DNA of 64,000 nt from Kondoa subrosea (Eukaryota). Positions within the stretch are counted from its first letter, which is position 1; each line of letters begins with the position of its first letter. The stretch is taken from contig BCIN01000001.1 in NCBI GenBank assembly GCA_039545335.1, positions 922,208 through 986,207 on the forward strand, given 5' to 3'. Of the stretch, positions 27,672 to 39,684 are shown piece after piece. A program made the position numbers and the translations under genes. The notes beneath the pieces are model-generated. The model had not been told where the DNA came from, did not search any database, and saw only the letters and a list, made by a program, of their open reading frames with translations.

Positions 27672-28551
27672 ATGTCAAACGCGATTGTCAATGGTACGGC
27701 TCAAGGGCAAGCGAAGAAGAAGCGAAGGAGAAAGAAGCGCAGGCTATCCATTTCCAGTTCCAGCTCGTCCAGTTCCTCAGAGGAAGAAAATATTGTAAGT
27801 TCCATTTCAATTTTGCTATGAAGGTGTGCCGTATGCTTACATTAATGACAGCCTACAATAACAACAGCAAAAGAAGCAAGCTCGAGTGAAGAGGACTCTT
27901 CTTCTTCTTCTGAATCTTCATCTTCTTCATCTTCCTCATCTGATTCTGAACCTGATATTACATTACCCTCTTCTAACATCCCTACTGCTTCCACTTCCCT
28001 CTTAACTCCTTTTGAAAGACCAGAATTGAAGAACCGTCAAAGAAGTCCTTCACCACCTTATTTCGGTTTCCCTGATTTCTCTTCTTCTTCGACTAAAAGA
28101 TCAAAACCTATTTTATGGGGTGAATTACCAGAAGACAACAACCCTAAAGAACCTACTGAGGAATTAAAGAAACAATGGGCTGAGGAACAAGAAAGTTTAA
28201 AGAAACATTACCTTGAAGTAGTAGTTAATCGGTTTGGGAAAGAATTGGATGATATGCGTAAAGTAAGTTTTCATCACTCTTACTGATCTACCTACCTGTA
28301 TACTGATGGTATTGTAGGAACCTGGTGTAGCGGATCGATTAGGCCTGTTGATCTCCAGTCTCAGTCAGGGAGCGAGTCTCATGGAAACGGCTCAATTAGC
28401 GGAAGAGATGTCAAAGGATATTTGGAGTACGGATAAGAGCAAAGGAACGGCTAGAGAAGTTGGTCTGGAAGCGCTCAAAGGGAAAAAGTCGGAAGAAGTC
28501 ACACAAAATGGAACGCAACAGCAGCAGCAAGACGTAGACATGGAGTCATAA
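27672..28551 (+). CDS. RSA3: Rsa3-domain ribosome assembly protein
   Basis: Basic NLS-like KKKRRRKKRR, Ser/Glu tract, then HYLEVVVNRFGKELDDMRKEP..LLISSLSQGA matching the Rsa3 pattern; 2 introns. Confidence 0.7.
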
Positions 28552-29201
28552 AGCAAACACTTCGATGACTTACAGACTGAGCGGGCAAGCGAGGCGGAAA
28601 GATATGATGCCCTAGCGCTTGAATACTCGTCAGATGTGAAGATCGAAGCTGTCAATACTGGCCTGGCTTATTCAATAGCTCAAACTCCGAGACTACCAAG
28701 CCCAAACACTTCTGTTCGCTTCACCTCCATTCTTCTTGCTCGACTACTTTCGCGCAACGAATCTTCAGTATAACCACCTTTAGCATTGATATCGTGCTTC
28801 TCATCTATCTACCTCACCACGCTTGATACTCAGCTATGTACACCATCAAGATCTTACCTTCTCCAATCTTCTAAAGCGTTTGTTAAAAGTAGTCTAGTAA
28901 AGCGGTGATTGAACGATTTACGTATAACTTAGAGACTATAGATTAAGGATAGATTGAGATTCCAAAAAGCCCTGTGTGCCCGAGATCATACTGTGCCGTT
29001 GCTTCCGAGTCTGTCCTATGCATTATTTCGGACTTGTCACTGTAATACTTTGATCACGAACCGTTCAAGATTTCGCTCTTCAGGTCACAAGTCGGTTCTC
29101 CCAGAGCTGCACTATCGCATAATCAATGCTTATTCAATTGCTGGAAACGACAGCAGGTCTTACGAGCTTCTTTTAGACAATTCTCAAGCACATCAATAAA
29201 A

Positions 29202-30128
29202 ATGGGTGTTGAAGTGCGTCTGGTTGATCTTGAGCTGGCACCTGAGCCTCAGGTGAGAACCATAATGTACAGGTCGAATCTCTATCTGCCGGTGATGGCA
29301 AGAGTGAGTCTCATGTTTAGCGATTTATCGTGAATTGGATTTCTGACGTGCTTTTGTGATAGATTTCCCAAAGAAGGGCGATACGTACGTCTGGATCATT
29401 GCTTTCTCGATACAGAGCTCTAGCGTCATTCTGCACGTACAGCGTCTCTATGGTGAGCTATTGTCATATTAGATCAGCCGAATCGAGACTGATCACTTTG
29501 ATTGGTAGCACTATGTTGGCACTCTTCTAGATGGATCAAAGTTCGATAGCTCCAGAGACAGAGGTACTCCTTTCGTCACTCAGATCGGTCTGTCCCTTTT
29601 TCGCTTAAGATCTGAAACTTGACTGAATACCGAATCGAAAGGTGTTGGACGAGTCATCAGAGGTCAGTCGGCAGCTCCAAATGTGTACAATATAGCTGAG
29701 AATCCTAACATAGGTTGGGATGAGGGCGTTCCCCAGCTTTCAGTTGGTCAAAAGGCAGTCTTGACCTGCTCACCTGATTAGTGAGTTCTTCTGTCCAAAA
29801 ATCGCCGAATCTATGCTTATTGCGTTTTTGCAGCGCTGTATGCTTATTCTCTTGACATTGGATCGCGAACTTATCATGCTCTACAGTATGATAAGTTTTG
29901 CTTATGTTCCGGAAGTTGTGATCTGACCTTACCGTGTGATAATTACGCGCTCGCGGATTTCCCCCTGTAATTCCGTAAGCGTGCTCTGATTGTACTGATT
30001 GGCAGCTCATGTTGATTTCAAATGTATAGCGCCAATGCTACGTATGTCATAATTTGGAAGTGTTCACCTTTCGTGCTGATTTCATCTGCAGCCTCAAGTT
30101 CGAAGTCGAGCTACTCAAGATCAACTAA
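29202..30128 (+). CDS. FPR1: FKBP12 peptidyl-prolyl isomerase, 108 aa, 12 coding exons
   Basis: Exons of 12,31,22,10,79,21,67,4,4,28,12,37 nt sum to 327 nt: [108 protein letters not shown]. Confidence 0.95.
29891..29946 (+). other. AT-AC intron with U2-type signals (FKBP12)
   Basis: TATG|ATAAGT...CTGACC...ATTAC|GCGCTCGCGGA, 56 nt; removal gives YG-ARGFPP. Confidence 0.9.
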
Positions 30129-30817
30129 ATGTCGAAAATATCAACTTCTGCAAAGGGAAAAGCATGATTGCATTCACATTAGAGAGTATTGGCGAGCATA
30201 TAAGGGCTGTCGATTGAATATTGTGTCTCTATGCAATCTTACATTAGACCGTTTCATATGCATGCAATTCAAGTGATCGGAACGGTTACGATCATCTAGC
30301 TTATTCTTCTAGTCAATGACCAAGCAAACCATATAACTCGCAAGTAGACTTAGACACGGCGTCAGAATATCGGAAGTTTGGAGTGGGTAAAAAATCTTCC
30401 TAAATTTTTCGCTTGTTTGCCGCATCGATGACATTCAAGCAAATGAGGCAGTCAAAGAGAGAGAGAACAGCATGGTCATAGCGATGAGTTCAGAAGGCGA
30501 TGGATTCAGGAAAGAGACGGTGACAACTAGCTCTGTCGAGCGAAACGAAAACGCAAAAGTAAAAATCTCTTGCTCGCTCTGCCATATGCACTCGAGCAAG
30601 CAGAAGCACAATGCCGTAAGCATGGAAGAAGATGTAGATGGGCTGGCTAAGAGAACCAAATTCCACCTCCACTGTACATTGTTGCTATTCAAAGAGAGAA
30701 CTGAAGAAGGAAAGGAAGGTGTCGGACTGGCGAATGTACTGCTACTTGTGATTGTGGAAATCTGATAATGCAAGTCCCAAGCCTGGCCAGAAATACAAAT
30801 CAACTCCAGCCAAGCGT

Positions 30818-31886
30818 TTCTGCAATCCGGATCAATATTGAACAAGCCAAATGAAGCCCAAAAGCACTGACACTTCTTCTTTGCAACGCCGACAGTCTTT
30901 CCTCTGCGTCCAGTGGTACAGGTGTGTTGACCTCTGACTCTGAGACCCCAGTAGTGACGAAGACCACGATGGTTGCGGATCTTCTTGAGTCTTTCTAGAT
31001 CTTCACGCATCTTGGAGTCAAGACCGTTTGATAGAACTTGGTAGTCTTTGCCATCGACGATATCCTTTTGTCTGTTCAAGAACCATTTAGGAATCTTGAA
31101 TTGAGCAGGGTTTTGCATAATGGTGACAATTCGTTCAAGTTCATCTGAGTTGAGCTGACCAGCACTGTGATAAGCAAAAGGGTACGGATCAGAATCGTTC
31201 TGATGAGCCATCCTTTGCCCTCACCGCTTGTTGAGATCTACATCGGCCTTGCGGCAGACAGTGCACGCATAACGACGTCCAACACCCTTGATTTCAGTCA
31301 AGGCGAACCTGTTGACGGCGTCAGCCTGAATCTATTGGCAGCTGTTCAAAGACTTGCATGATCTTCCTTCGTCCATCGACGCTATCTCAAAGGTCAGCAT
31401 ACGAATCGACCTGGGACGTTTAGAATGTGCGTACTTTGTGTTGAGAAGTCGGAGGATGTGTTGGAACGGTGCATTTCTTTCTCTCCTTTTTTCATTTCTC
31501 TCCTCAAAATAGTAAGCAATCTGACTTACGGGTCGGGCGCTACCTGTTAACAAGAATCAAACTAGTCAGCATATATCCTGACAGGTGAGGAATGTATATG
31601 TAAAGGCTTTGATGCCGGGCAGATGAAATTATGCAGGAGCAGAGGTTTGGCGACAAAAGCTAGCAGATTTGACAATCCCACCACTTGCGAGCTCGGCATA
31701 TGTAGCGGGCGGGCTACTGCAGGCAAGAGCTGGGCTGCAGACTCCATGCAGGCCGAAATGGGTATATGCAAGTATTTTGACATTCGACATGCCAAATTCT
31801 GCTAAGTCGGGTCGAAAGCACTTGCAGAGCCTGACTATCTTGCGTGCAGAGCCATAGAAAGGTGCATGGAGACTCACGAGACTCAT
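30818..31886 (-). CDS. RPS18: 40S ribosomal protein uS13 (S18)
   Basis: [66 protein letters not shown]; 6 introns including a GC-AG (31309-31357); stop split T|AA. Confidence 0.97.
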
Positions 31887-32027
31887 GTTGGCGATGGACG
31901 TTCAAAAAGGTCAAAATCGCTCAATCCAACCGAAAATTTCCGCCACCACTTTACTTTTCGCGCAGAGATGAAGCACTCAAATTGGACATAGGTAATATAC
32001 TGCATACTTCTGTCCAAACGTTGCATG

Positions 32028-33760
32028 CTATTGCTGCCTCAATTTAATCGGCACAGCAGCGCTAACAGGCAAAGCAGCCAGTTCCTTCTCAAACTCATCT
32101 TCCCCTTCCGCTTTCCCAGCAAGCAACACTTCCAACTGACCGAGCATCGTTTCCCCGTTATCCAAGAACGTTTGCAAGCGATTCATCTGATCTCGTCCTT
32201 GAGCTAAAGAAGCAGTCAATTGATCTCGGAATTGAACGAGATCCGTGATTTCTTGCGAAGGTAGGTTGCTGTAAGATGAAGGTACAGGAGAAGATTGAGA
32301 ATAAGTAGAAGGTGCTTGACTTGGGTTGCGAGCAGAGTTATCAACTTGCGGTGATGGATCTTCTCCTATAGCTGCCGCTGCTAAAAGAGCATCCATTCCC
32401 GTTTCGCCTGCTGCTGAGTTTTGGCTGCGCATACGCTTGAGAGCTGGAGTTTGTACTTCTTCATCTGGAATAGGTGAAGCTCGCTTTTTCTCTGCTTTAG
32501 GCGCACTCGCTTCGGCTTCAGCTGCTGCTTTATTCTGTGCTTTCACCTGTACAAGGCGCTTTCAATTCATCTGATATACAGATATGTACAGCGCACGTAC
32601 ACTAGCCGGCAAACGCTTCCGTCGCTTGATCGTAGGCTTTTTCAGACCATTCGGTCGATGTTGATTGTGCAACTTGAAGTACAAACCTGTCTAAAGTATT
32701 AGCTTAGAAAACGCTCCTAAGCAACCAGTACTGACCACAAGCCTGTGAAACCCCAGCAATTGTTCAGTCAAATTACACGACTGAAATCAACAGGGCTCAC
32801 ATTACAGCAAGTATTGCCATCTGAATCTCTTCTCCAAAGGGGTGTAGTCCCCGTTCCACAATTAGTACAAACCATAGCCGAAACAGCACCTTCTTCTCCG
32901 TTTTCCAAATTCGCCCAAGCAGGAACTGGTGCTTTTCCTTTCGCAGTAGCACTACCACGATCGTTCGACGACATCGAATTTTTGTCCTCAACTTGTTGTT
33001 GCTGTTGATGATTAGGACGTGCAGTCTTGGAAGAAGCGTTGTGCTTGTTGTTGTAAGCTGGACAACCAGTGCAAACGTTTTTCCCTCCTTGACCATTGCA
33101 ATGTCCATCACCCGGACAAGAACCAACTGGAGGTTCTGCTTCTCTCTTCTTCGAAACAGGTTTCGATGATGATGAAGTTGAGGAAGAAAGATAAGGACTG
33201 GGAGGTTGATTAGCTGAATTTGGTTGACGAGGTGGAACAATTGGAGCTGAGAAAGCTTGCATAGATCCAGCCGAAGTGGATGGCAATTGAGTAGGTGTAT
33301 ACCTGGGCGAGAGCTGCCTAGCCATGTTCTGCTCTTGAGTAGCTATGCAAAGATATACTGTCAGGTAAAGTCAAAAGACCAATCAACTGGGAAACCCACA
33401 ACAACCCTGAATGACAACAAGTCAGTAGTGATCAATGTAAATACGAGAAAAACTGACAAGACATAAAGGTCTGTCATGATTGCCTTTATGCGCTTGAAGC
33501 ATACCAGTCAAACCGCAACGACTGCATTGTGAGCCATGTGTAGCAGGTGATGCCGCGGCTGAGCTAGCAGACAAGTAGTAGTTACTGTTCGCGTTGGGAG
33601 AAGAGCCCAAGACTTGGCCGTCATGCGTTAGGCGAGGTAAAGATAGAGGTGCAAATGAAGAAGCAGGAGACAGCGAGGGCAGATAATTCAGACCTTGGTT
33701 ATTGCTATGAGCTGTACTGAGCTGAGCCCACAGGCCAGGCATAGATTGAGAGTTATCCAT
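32028..33760 (-). CDS. Iron-responsive GATA transcription factor (SreA/Urbs1/Cir1 type)
   Basis: Cys-rich GSCPGDGHCNGQGGKNVCTGCPAYNN, then GATA finger [38 protein letters not shown]; C-terminal coiled coil. Confidence 0.9.
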
Positions 33761-34005
33761 GGTTTTGAGGCTGCTGACCAAATGGGTTGTTTGACCAATA
33801 AAGTGCACTATCAGCTGATCAGACTCCTCGATACTGTAGCTATACGTGATCGGACACACGGTAGCGGTTTATCTGAGCGCTTGAGCTTTTGGTTGTTGGC
33901 AGATAGCGGACAGAAGTCAGCTCGGCAGATGGCCAATCACATTTCGACTAGATGATAAAGTGAAGATATGCAGCTCATGAGTGTGTACAATAGTGTTACA
34001 TTTGA

Positions 34006-37000
34006 TTACCAAGTCCCATCAAACCTTTCAAGGGTCGCTTGCGCTTCAGATGCATCTTTCTGCAAACGCCGGCACGTTCAGCTTGCGATCAAACAGCTTT
34101 TGAATGAGCTTACCTTCGCTCGCACACGTTGATAGAAGATAGGACAATCTTTACTCGTGCATAGAACATCCTGAAGCAGAAGAGGTTAGGCACCAATTGA
34201 TGGTAAAGCAGGTCGGACTAACATTATGCAGCGAGCCTTGGCAACGTTGACAGCAAACCCAGAGTCGGGAATAGGCAGTCTCGTAGCCAGTTGTCGAGAT
34301 CATCTATGAAACGTTCATTAACCACCGTTAAAGAGCTAGATCAGGCGGCTAACCTGTTTCTGATATAATTCTGCAGTTCTTGGCTGACAGTTCTTGCAGA
34401 TAGCAGTATCTACTCTCCGCTCAGCACCAATCAGTATCATACTCTGATTGAACATACTATGTCCTTTCTTGTTTGAGCTCGGTAAAGGTGATTTGCAGCC
34501 GAGACAAGTCAACGTCTTCTTGACGAAACCCATCAAACCGCCTGTAGTCGGTGTTGCGATGGATACAGTACGGGTGTGAGCACCTCCAACTACCGAAATT
34601 GTCAGTACAACACAAGCGCACTCTTAGAACGCCAACATACGCAGAGAATTGGCTTTATCGCCCAAGATAGGTTCAAAGATTCTAAGTAGAGGTTTCGAGA
34701 GCTGGTTATCGAGATAGTAGCGCGTATCAATAGGCAAGTTGTTTTCCAGTACATAGAGCGGATCTTCAGACTTCTCGTATGCTTTGGCGTCTTTTGTGCC
34801 TTTGATGATCACATAGGCCACACGATCTCCCAGTGCAGGTGCAGAACCTGTGAATTATGAAGCTGAGAAAGTGCTTCAACACATAATCGCCCGTCCACTC
34901 ACCGGCATCACGAGTTTTCATTCGTTCTGCCAATTCTACGTGAGCTTGTTTTGCAGCGTAATCAGTCTTGGCTAGAGCTTTAGTGATGACAAGCTGAGAC
35001 AAATCGATCTTGTTCTGCAGTAGATCCGAAATGACTTGTTTCGTGTATCTGGACAGATATGAGTACTGGCCTCTGTAAAATCACGAAAGACTAACTCTTC
35101 AGCTGCCTTGACATCTCTGTCAATCAACATCTTCTTGAGGCAAGTCTCGATGACAGTCACTACAAGTCGACAATTATCACGTCGTACAGTCTTGGCGAGC
35201 AATTAGCTTGAGGAAATGCGAAGAGGAATGGGCTTTACCTCGATACCCTTGGCATCCATTTTGTCATACTTCTCTGGCTTTGTCCAATACAGACCAGCAT
35301 AACGCTTCTTGCTAATGAGGAGATATGGGAAGTAGACTTTCTCAAACTCCAGCTTGATAGGCTTAACGAAACCAGCTGTGACTTTTTCTGCTGCTTGTGC
35401 ACCTGTCGGTAAAAGCTTTCATCAGATGACGCCCATCTCAAAAGGCATCAATCCCAACCGAGTTCCATAGCTTGAGCGAGATCTTTGCACCCAAACTTGA
35501 CCATGACTGAATCGGTATCACCATAAATGACTTCCGCATCGTGATCATATCCATTGTCGGTGTTGAAAGTACTCTCGACTTGCTGTTTAGTGTACTCAAT
35601 CATTTGACGACCGAAAGCAGTAACACTAGTCGAGATAGGTAGACAAGGAAGTTTGCCGATAGTTGCTCCAGTGAAACCGTATACGGAGTTGGCACTGATC
35701 TGTGCGCATGAAGAAATTAGAACCAAGCATTGTACTTGCATAGTGTGACTCTCACGCACCTTCAAAGCCAATTGACGGCCGTCCAACACAGCTCTTTTGA
35801 AAGGATCGGTCTCGACTTTCAGATCAGCTCGAGCACGTTTACGAGCCGCCAGTAGATCCTCGAGTACAGTTGGCAAAAGACCTTTTCGCTTTGTAGACTT
35901 GACAAAATAATCTATACCACATTTCAGCAAAGACTTCTTGTATCGCGCGAAGGAAGCACACCATTGTTCGGCGTGACAATGTAATCGACATCTTTGACCA
36001 GTTTGAGTGGCTCGACGGACTTAGCATCCAACAAAGTAGTGTAGCAAAGATTATGAGCCATCATAATGGAAGGGTATAGCGAAGCGAAATCGAGCGTAGC
36101 AATAGGCACATCGTAGTAGCCTTTGGTCGGTTCAATAACAGTAGCACCTTCGTATTGTTCGTCGGATCCTGTCAGTTGCACATTTATGACACAGCTCTAG
36201 CAAGCAGCATCAAAGGTTCACTGACCTTCGCTCTTCAGTGCTGGTACAAGATAGCCCTGCTCTTTGGCTTTACGGAATAGCTGAGAAACGACCTTGATCT
36301 GTTGACCACGAGACAAGAGGTAATTGAACGGAACGCCAGTCACACGAGCCATTTCTGTGTAATTGATGAAGCACATAAGCTTGTCGAGCAGTCTTTGAGG
36401 CAGGTAAGCGTCCTGATGAATCATATCAGCCTGGTCGACTGTGTATTGAACTTGCCGTTACCTTCAAGCAGTAAACAGCCAAACGGCGACGAGATTCAGG
36501 TCCACCATTCTGCAATTCTGTGATGATAGAATGATGTACATCTTCCTTCTGCTCTCCTGTTCAGACGAAATCGAACTGACATCAGCTACATGCTGATACA
36601 TCTTGATTCCACGAACCTAAGAAATGTGCACAGACGGAATTGAGGGTATAACTTCTAAGCTTATAATCACGATGCATGACTTGAAGCAGATCCAGCTGTA
36701 ATCTTCCATCCATCTTGGTTTCTTTAGAATCTCGATTTCCGTAAGCTTTACTTGAGAAATGCGTGTCTTTAACTTCAGTCTTAACTCGTTTCAATCGACC
36801 AAGGTAAGGGAATTCGGAATTTGCTTTCAAAGCTTTGGCTCGATCCATTAAATAGGGTAAATCGAAATTGGCAATATTGTAACCAATAACCAAATCTGGA
36901 TCAACTTCTTCAATGAACTTGCGCCATTCGAGCAACATTTTCTTCTCATCGTCAAATTCGAGTACTTGTGATCCGACGATATGAGCACAGGTGTTAAGGG

Positions 37001-38432
37001 TAAAGACATTTCGAATGAAAGGTTTGGTTTCGCCTGTTGGTGGCACGTCTAAGCCATGCTCTGACGCAAAGCTTCAGACTTCACTGACCTTGCCTAGTGA
37101 CCATATTGGCGATTTGAATGACAGGATCTATTTCGGCTTCCGGGAAAATGCCTTTGCGTCCAGCGCATTCCAAATCGAAGCTCAAAATACGTAATGGAGC
37201 AATCTTGCCCCATTCTCCATCAGGTGCATGAGATACGACATCTTCTGAGCTGTTACACGGGAGTCAGATTATATGTATAATTATTTACTTCAGGTGCACG
37301 CTTACGAGCAATCCATTTCGATTTGACAAAGCGAGATCTTGGAAGCTTCTGATCGTAAAGTATACTTGCCAGCAGGTATTTCGATCCAATTCATGCCCAC
37401 GACCTGTGAGAAATAGGGCTCTTTGAATACTGAATTTGTAAGCAAACACGAGCTGTTCTCACATCTTTATCAATCATAAATCGCAACAGGTAGGCGATGT
37501 TGGACTCATAAGTCAAGAATTCTCCCTTGAAGAGATCTCTGAAAGAGCATTCGCCTCGTTCAAACAAATGTGCAAAGATCACACAAGATAAGTAAAGCTC
37601 CTTTTCAACAGGCAGAGGAAGACTCATTTCGAACTCTGGGTAGATTCTTCTGGTCTGTGACCGTGACCTTGAGAAAAGGAACTTTGTCGTCCCCTTTGAA
37701 ACCCCAAAGCGAGAGTTTGTTGGCTACGGTTACTGATCGAACTGAAACTCCTCCTCCGACACCAGAAGCGGCACCCTGTGGACAGCAAACAACTAATTGA
37801 CATACGTACGTACGAGGAACACTCTTGCTACCCACATTGAGATAGTTCACAAAGTCTTTGCAATCCTCATTTCTGAAACCTTTAGGTGCAGCAACCCAGA
37901 AATAGGGAAGAAAGTCTTTGACATGGCAGAGTAACGAATGACCAGCTTCAGTAACACCAAACATGCGTAAAACAGGACCTTTGTTTGGTTCAGAGTGTTC
38001 TTCTATATCAATTTGCTGGAATACTGTTCCCAAGCCTTTAGCTATGATATATTGAAACACATAGACGCGTACTAAGCTTATCTGTGTTTGCATTGATCTT
38101 CCCCAGTGCAGGACGAGCCCATGCTTGCTTTTCTACCGAAGCTAAGAGAACACATTACAAGCATGAGTCTTCTGAATTATAGACAAACAGGAACAGGGAC
38201 ACAGCTTACTACCAGATTCACCACCGCTAATGCGAGCTAAAACGGATTCGAAGCTGCTTGGCTGGACTTGATCCATTCCTCCTCCTTTAGCTTTACCTTT
38301 GCCTTTGTTTTTACTTGCAGTCTGAGGTACACTTTCAGCAGTCTCCAGTTTCCTCCTCTTCGCGCTTGGAGGTGACAAGACTTCAGTTTGGCCATCTATG
38401 GGTGCGTTCTCTTTTGATCCTGGCGACACCAT
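34006..38432 (-). CDS. POL3: DNA polymerase delta catalytic subunit
   Basis: [50 protein letters not shown]-terminal CLGC..CKNC and CQRC..C..DCPIFY; about 21 introns. Confidence 0.98.
37570..37627 (-). other. AT-AC intron with U2-type signals (POL3)
   Basis: CGAA|ATGAGT...CTTTGCAC|ATTTGTTTGAA, 58 nt; removal gives LPRVRN-LFERGEC. Confidence 0.75.
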
Positions 38433-38514
38433 GATTGCAATACAATGTCCAGATCAGGTCAGGTATGCCTTGATCTCGATGGGCCACAAGGTGCGAAGTG
38501 TCTTGATCAAAAAC

Positions 38515-38550
38515 TCGCGTGAAATGGTAGATTGAGCGAGAAAGTCGCGT
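38515..38550 (-). promoter_or_regulatory. Two ACGCGA (MCB-like) elements upstream of POL3
   Basis: TCGCGT at 38515-38520 and 38545-38550, about 85 and 115 nt upstream of the POL3 ATG. Confidence 0.4.
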
Positions 38551-38637
38551 TAGACTATTTGTTATGTTTTCTCATATGCGACACTCAGCTACACGCTTCG
38601 CTATACACACATCTAGATTTCGTTATGTCTGCTACAT

Positions 38638-39504
38638 TCACGTTAGGTTTCTCAGAAAGGCATCTGTCGCTTTACATGCAGCGATGATTGTTCCAGTGGG
38701 ATCATGATGATCTTCCGTTAGCTGTACAGTCAACACATTCTCTTCTCCTTCCGGGCTGATGCTTCCAGATCAGTCTTGCTCTTAACGAAAGGCGTCGGAA
38801 GTGCAAACTTACTCTTCCAATGTATCCATTTGACCCTTCAGCATGCCTGATGAGATGACATGAGCTAATGCAGTGCATATTACATGATCAATCTTACTAG
38901 TCTTCATGAAATGTCCTGTTCTTTCCTTCATTCTTTCCGAAAGCAACTCAAACGATCCTTTCACTGCAGATCGATTCTTCAGCAATATACCTGCATAATC
39001 ACAGAACAGGGACATACGGAATACGAACACAACAGTCGTCGGTCCGTCCCGCAATAAATCCCTGTATGATTTCTTCAAAGCCGAACAAGCAGTAACAATC
39101 ATAGGTCTATCAGTCAAATCCGTTTTCCCTCTTGTTGCATTGTGATGAGCGTAATCTCTAACAGCTTTCAACCAAGGCCAGCGATCGTCATCCGTTAAAG
39201 CGTGTCCGTTGCTCATCTTGTCTATATTGGCTTGAGGCTGTCAGTTCAAAAGAACCACTTAGTTGTCTAACGCAGCTAAATAGACTCATGAGGACTGACA
39301 TGTAACGCATCTCCATCTTTCCAAGTACATTGATACTGTATCCAACAACTTCACATGAGTAAGAAACTCGGAGTGAGAGGTCTACAGACTGACATGTTTG
39401 GCTAGACTATCGCCTATTGTACTCTTACCACACCCCGAGACGCCCATGACGATGAATGCTATAGGTTTGTCTTGAGCTGCATTACTGGATTCATTTGAAG
39501 GCAT
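38638..39504 (-). CDS. Gluconokinase (GntK/IdnK)
   Basis: IVMGVSGCGKSTIG, DGDALHPQANIDKMSNGHALTDDDRWPWL, ACSALKKSYRDLLR, RTGHFMK. Confidence 0.95.
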
Positions 39505-39684
39505 CTTGCAGGGGCCAGCAAGTCTGGTATCCGCAGCACAGGTATCCTCTCTCTCACACCAAACGGTGGTGTCAGATGTAGTGACTTCTTTACAGCCCAG
39601 CTGATTGTCGGGGAACAAACCTTGTCATCATGCAATTTGGACATTTCGGTTTCTTGATTCATTACAGCCTATAAGAGTAGCAAA

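Noticed and set aside
29891..29946. U12-type classification of the AT-AC introns (CCTTAC resembles a U12 branch site)
   Set aside because: None has the ATATCCTT donor; all have TRAGT, and the two FKBP introns have a U2-type CTGAY branch site.
30420..30432. GCATCGATGA resembling 5.8S rRNA
   Set aside because: Only 10 nt match and the flanks are not rRNA-like.
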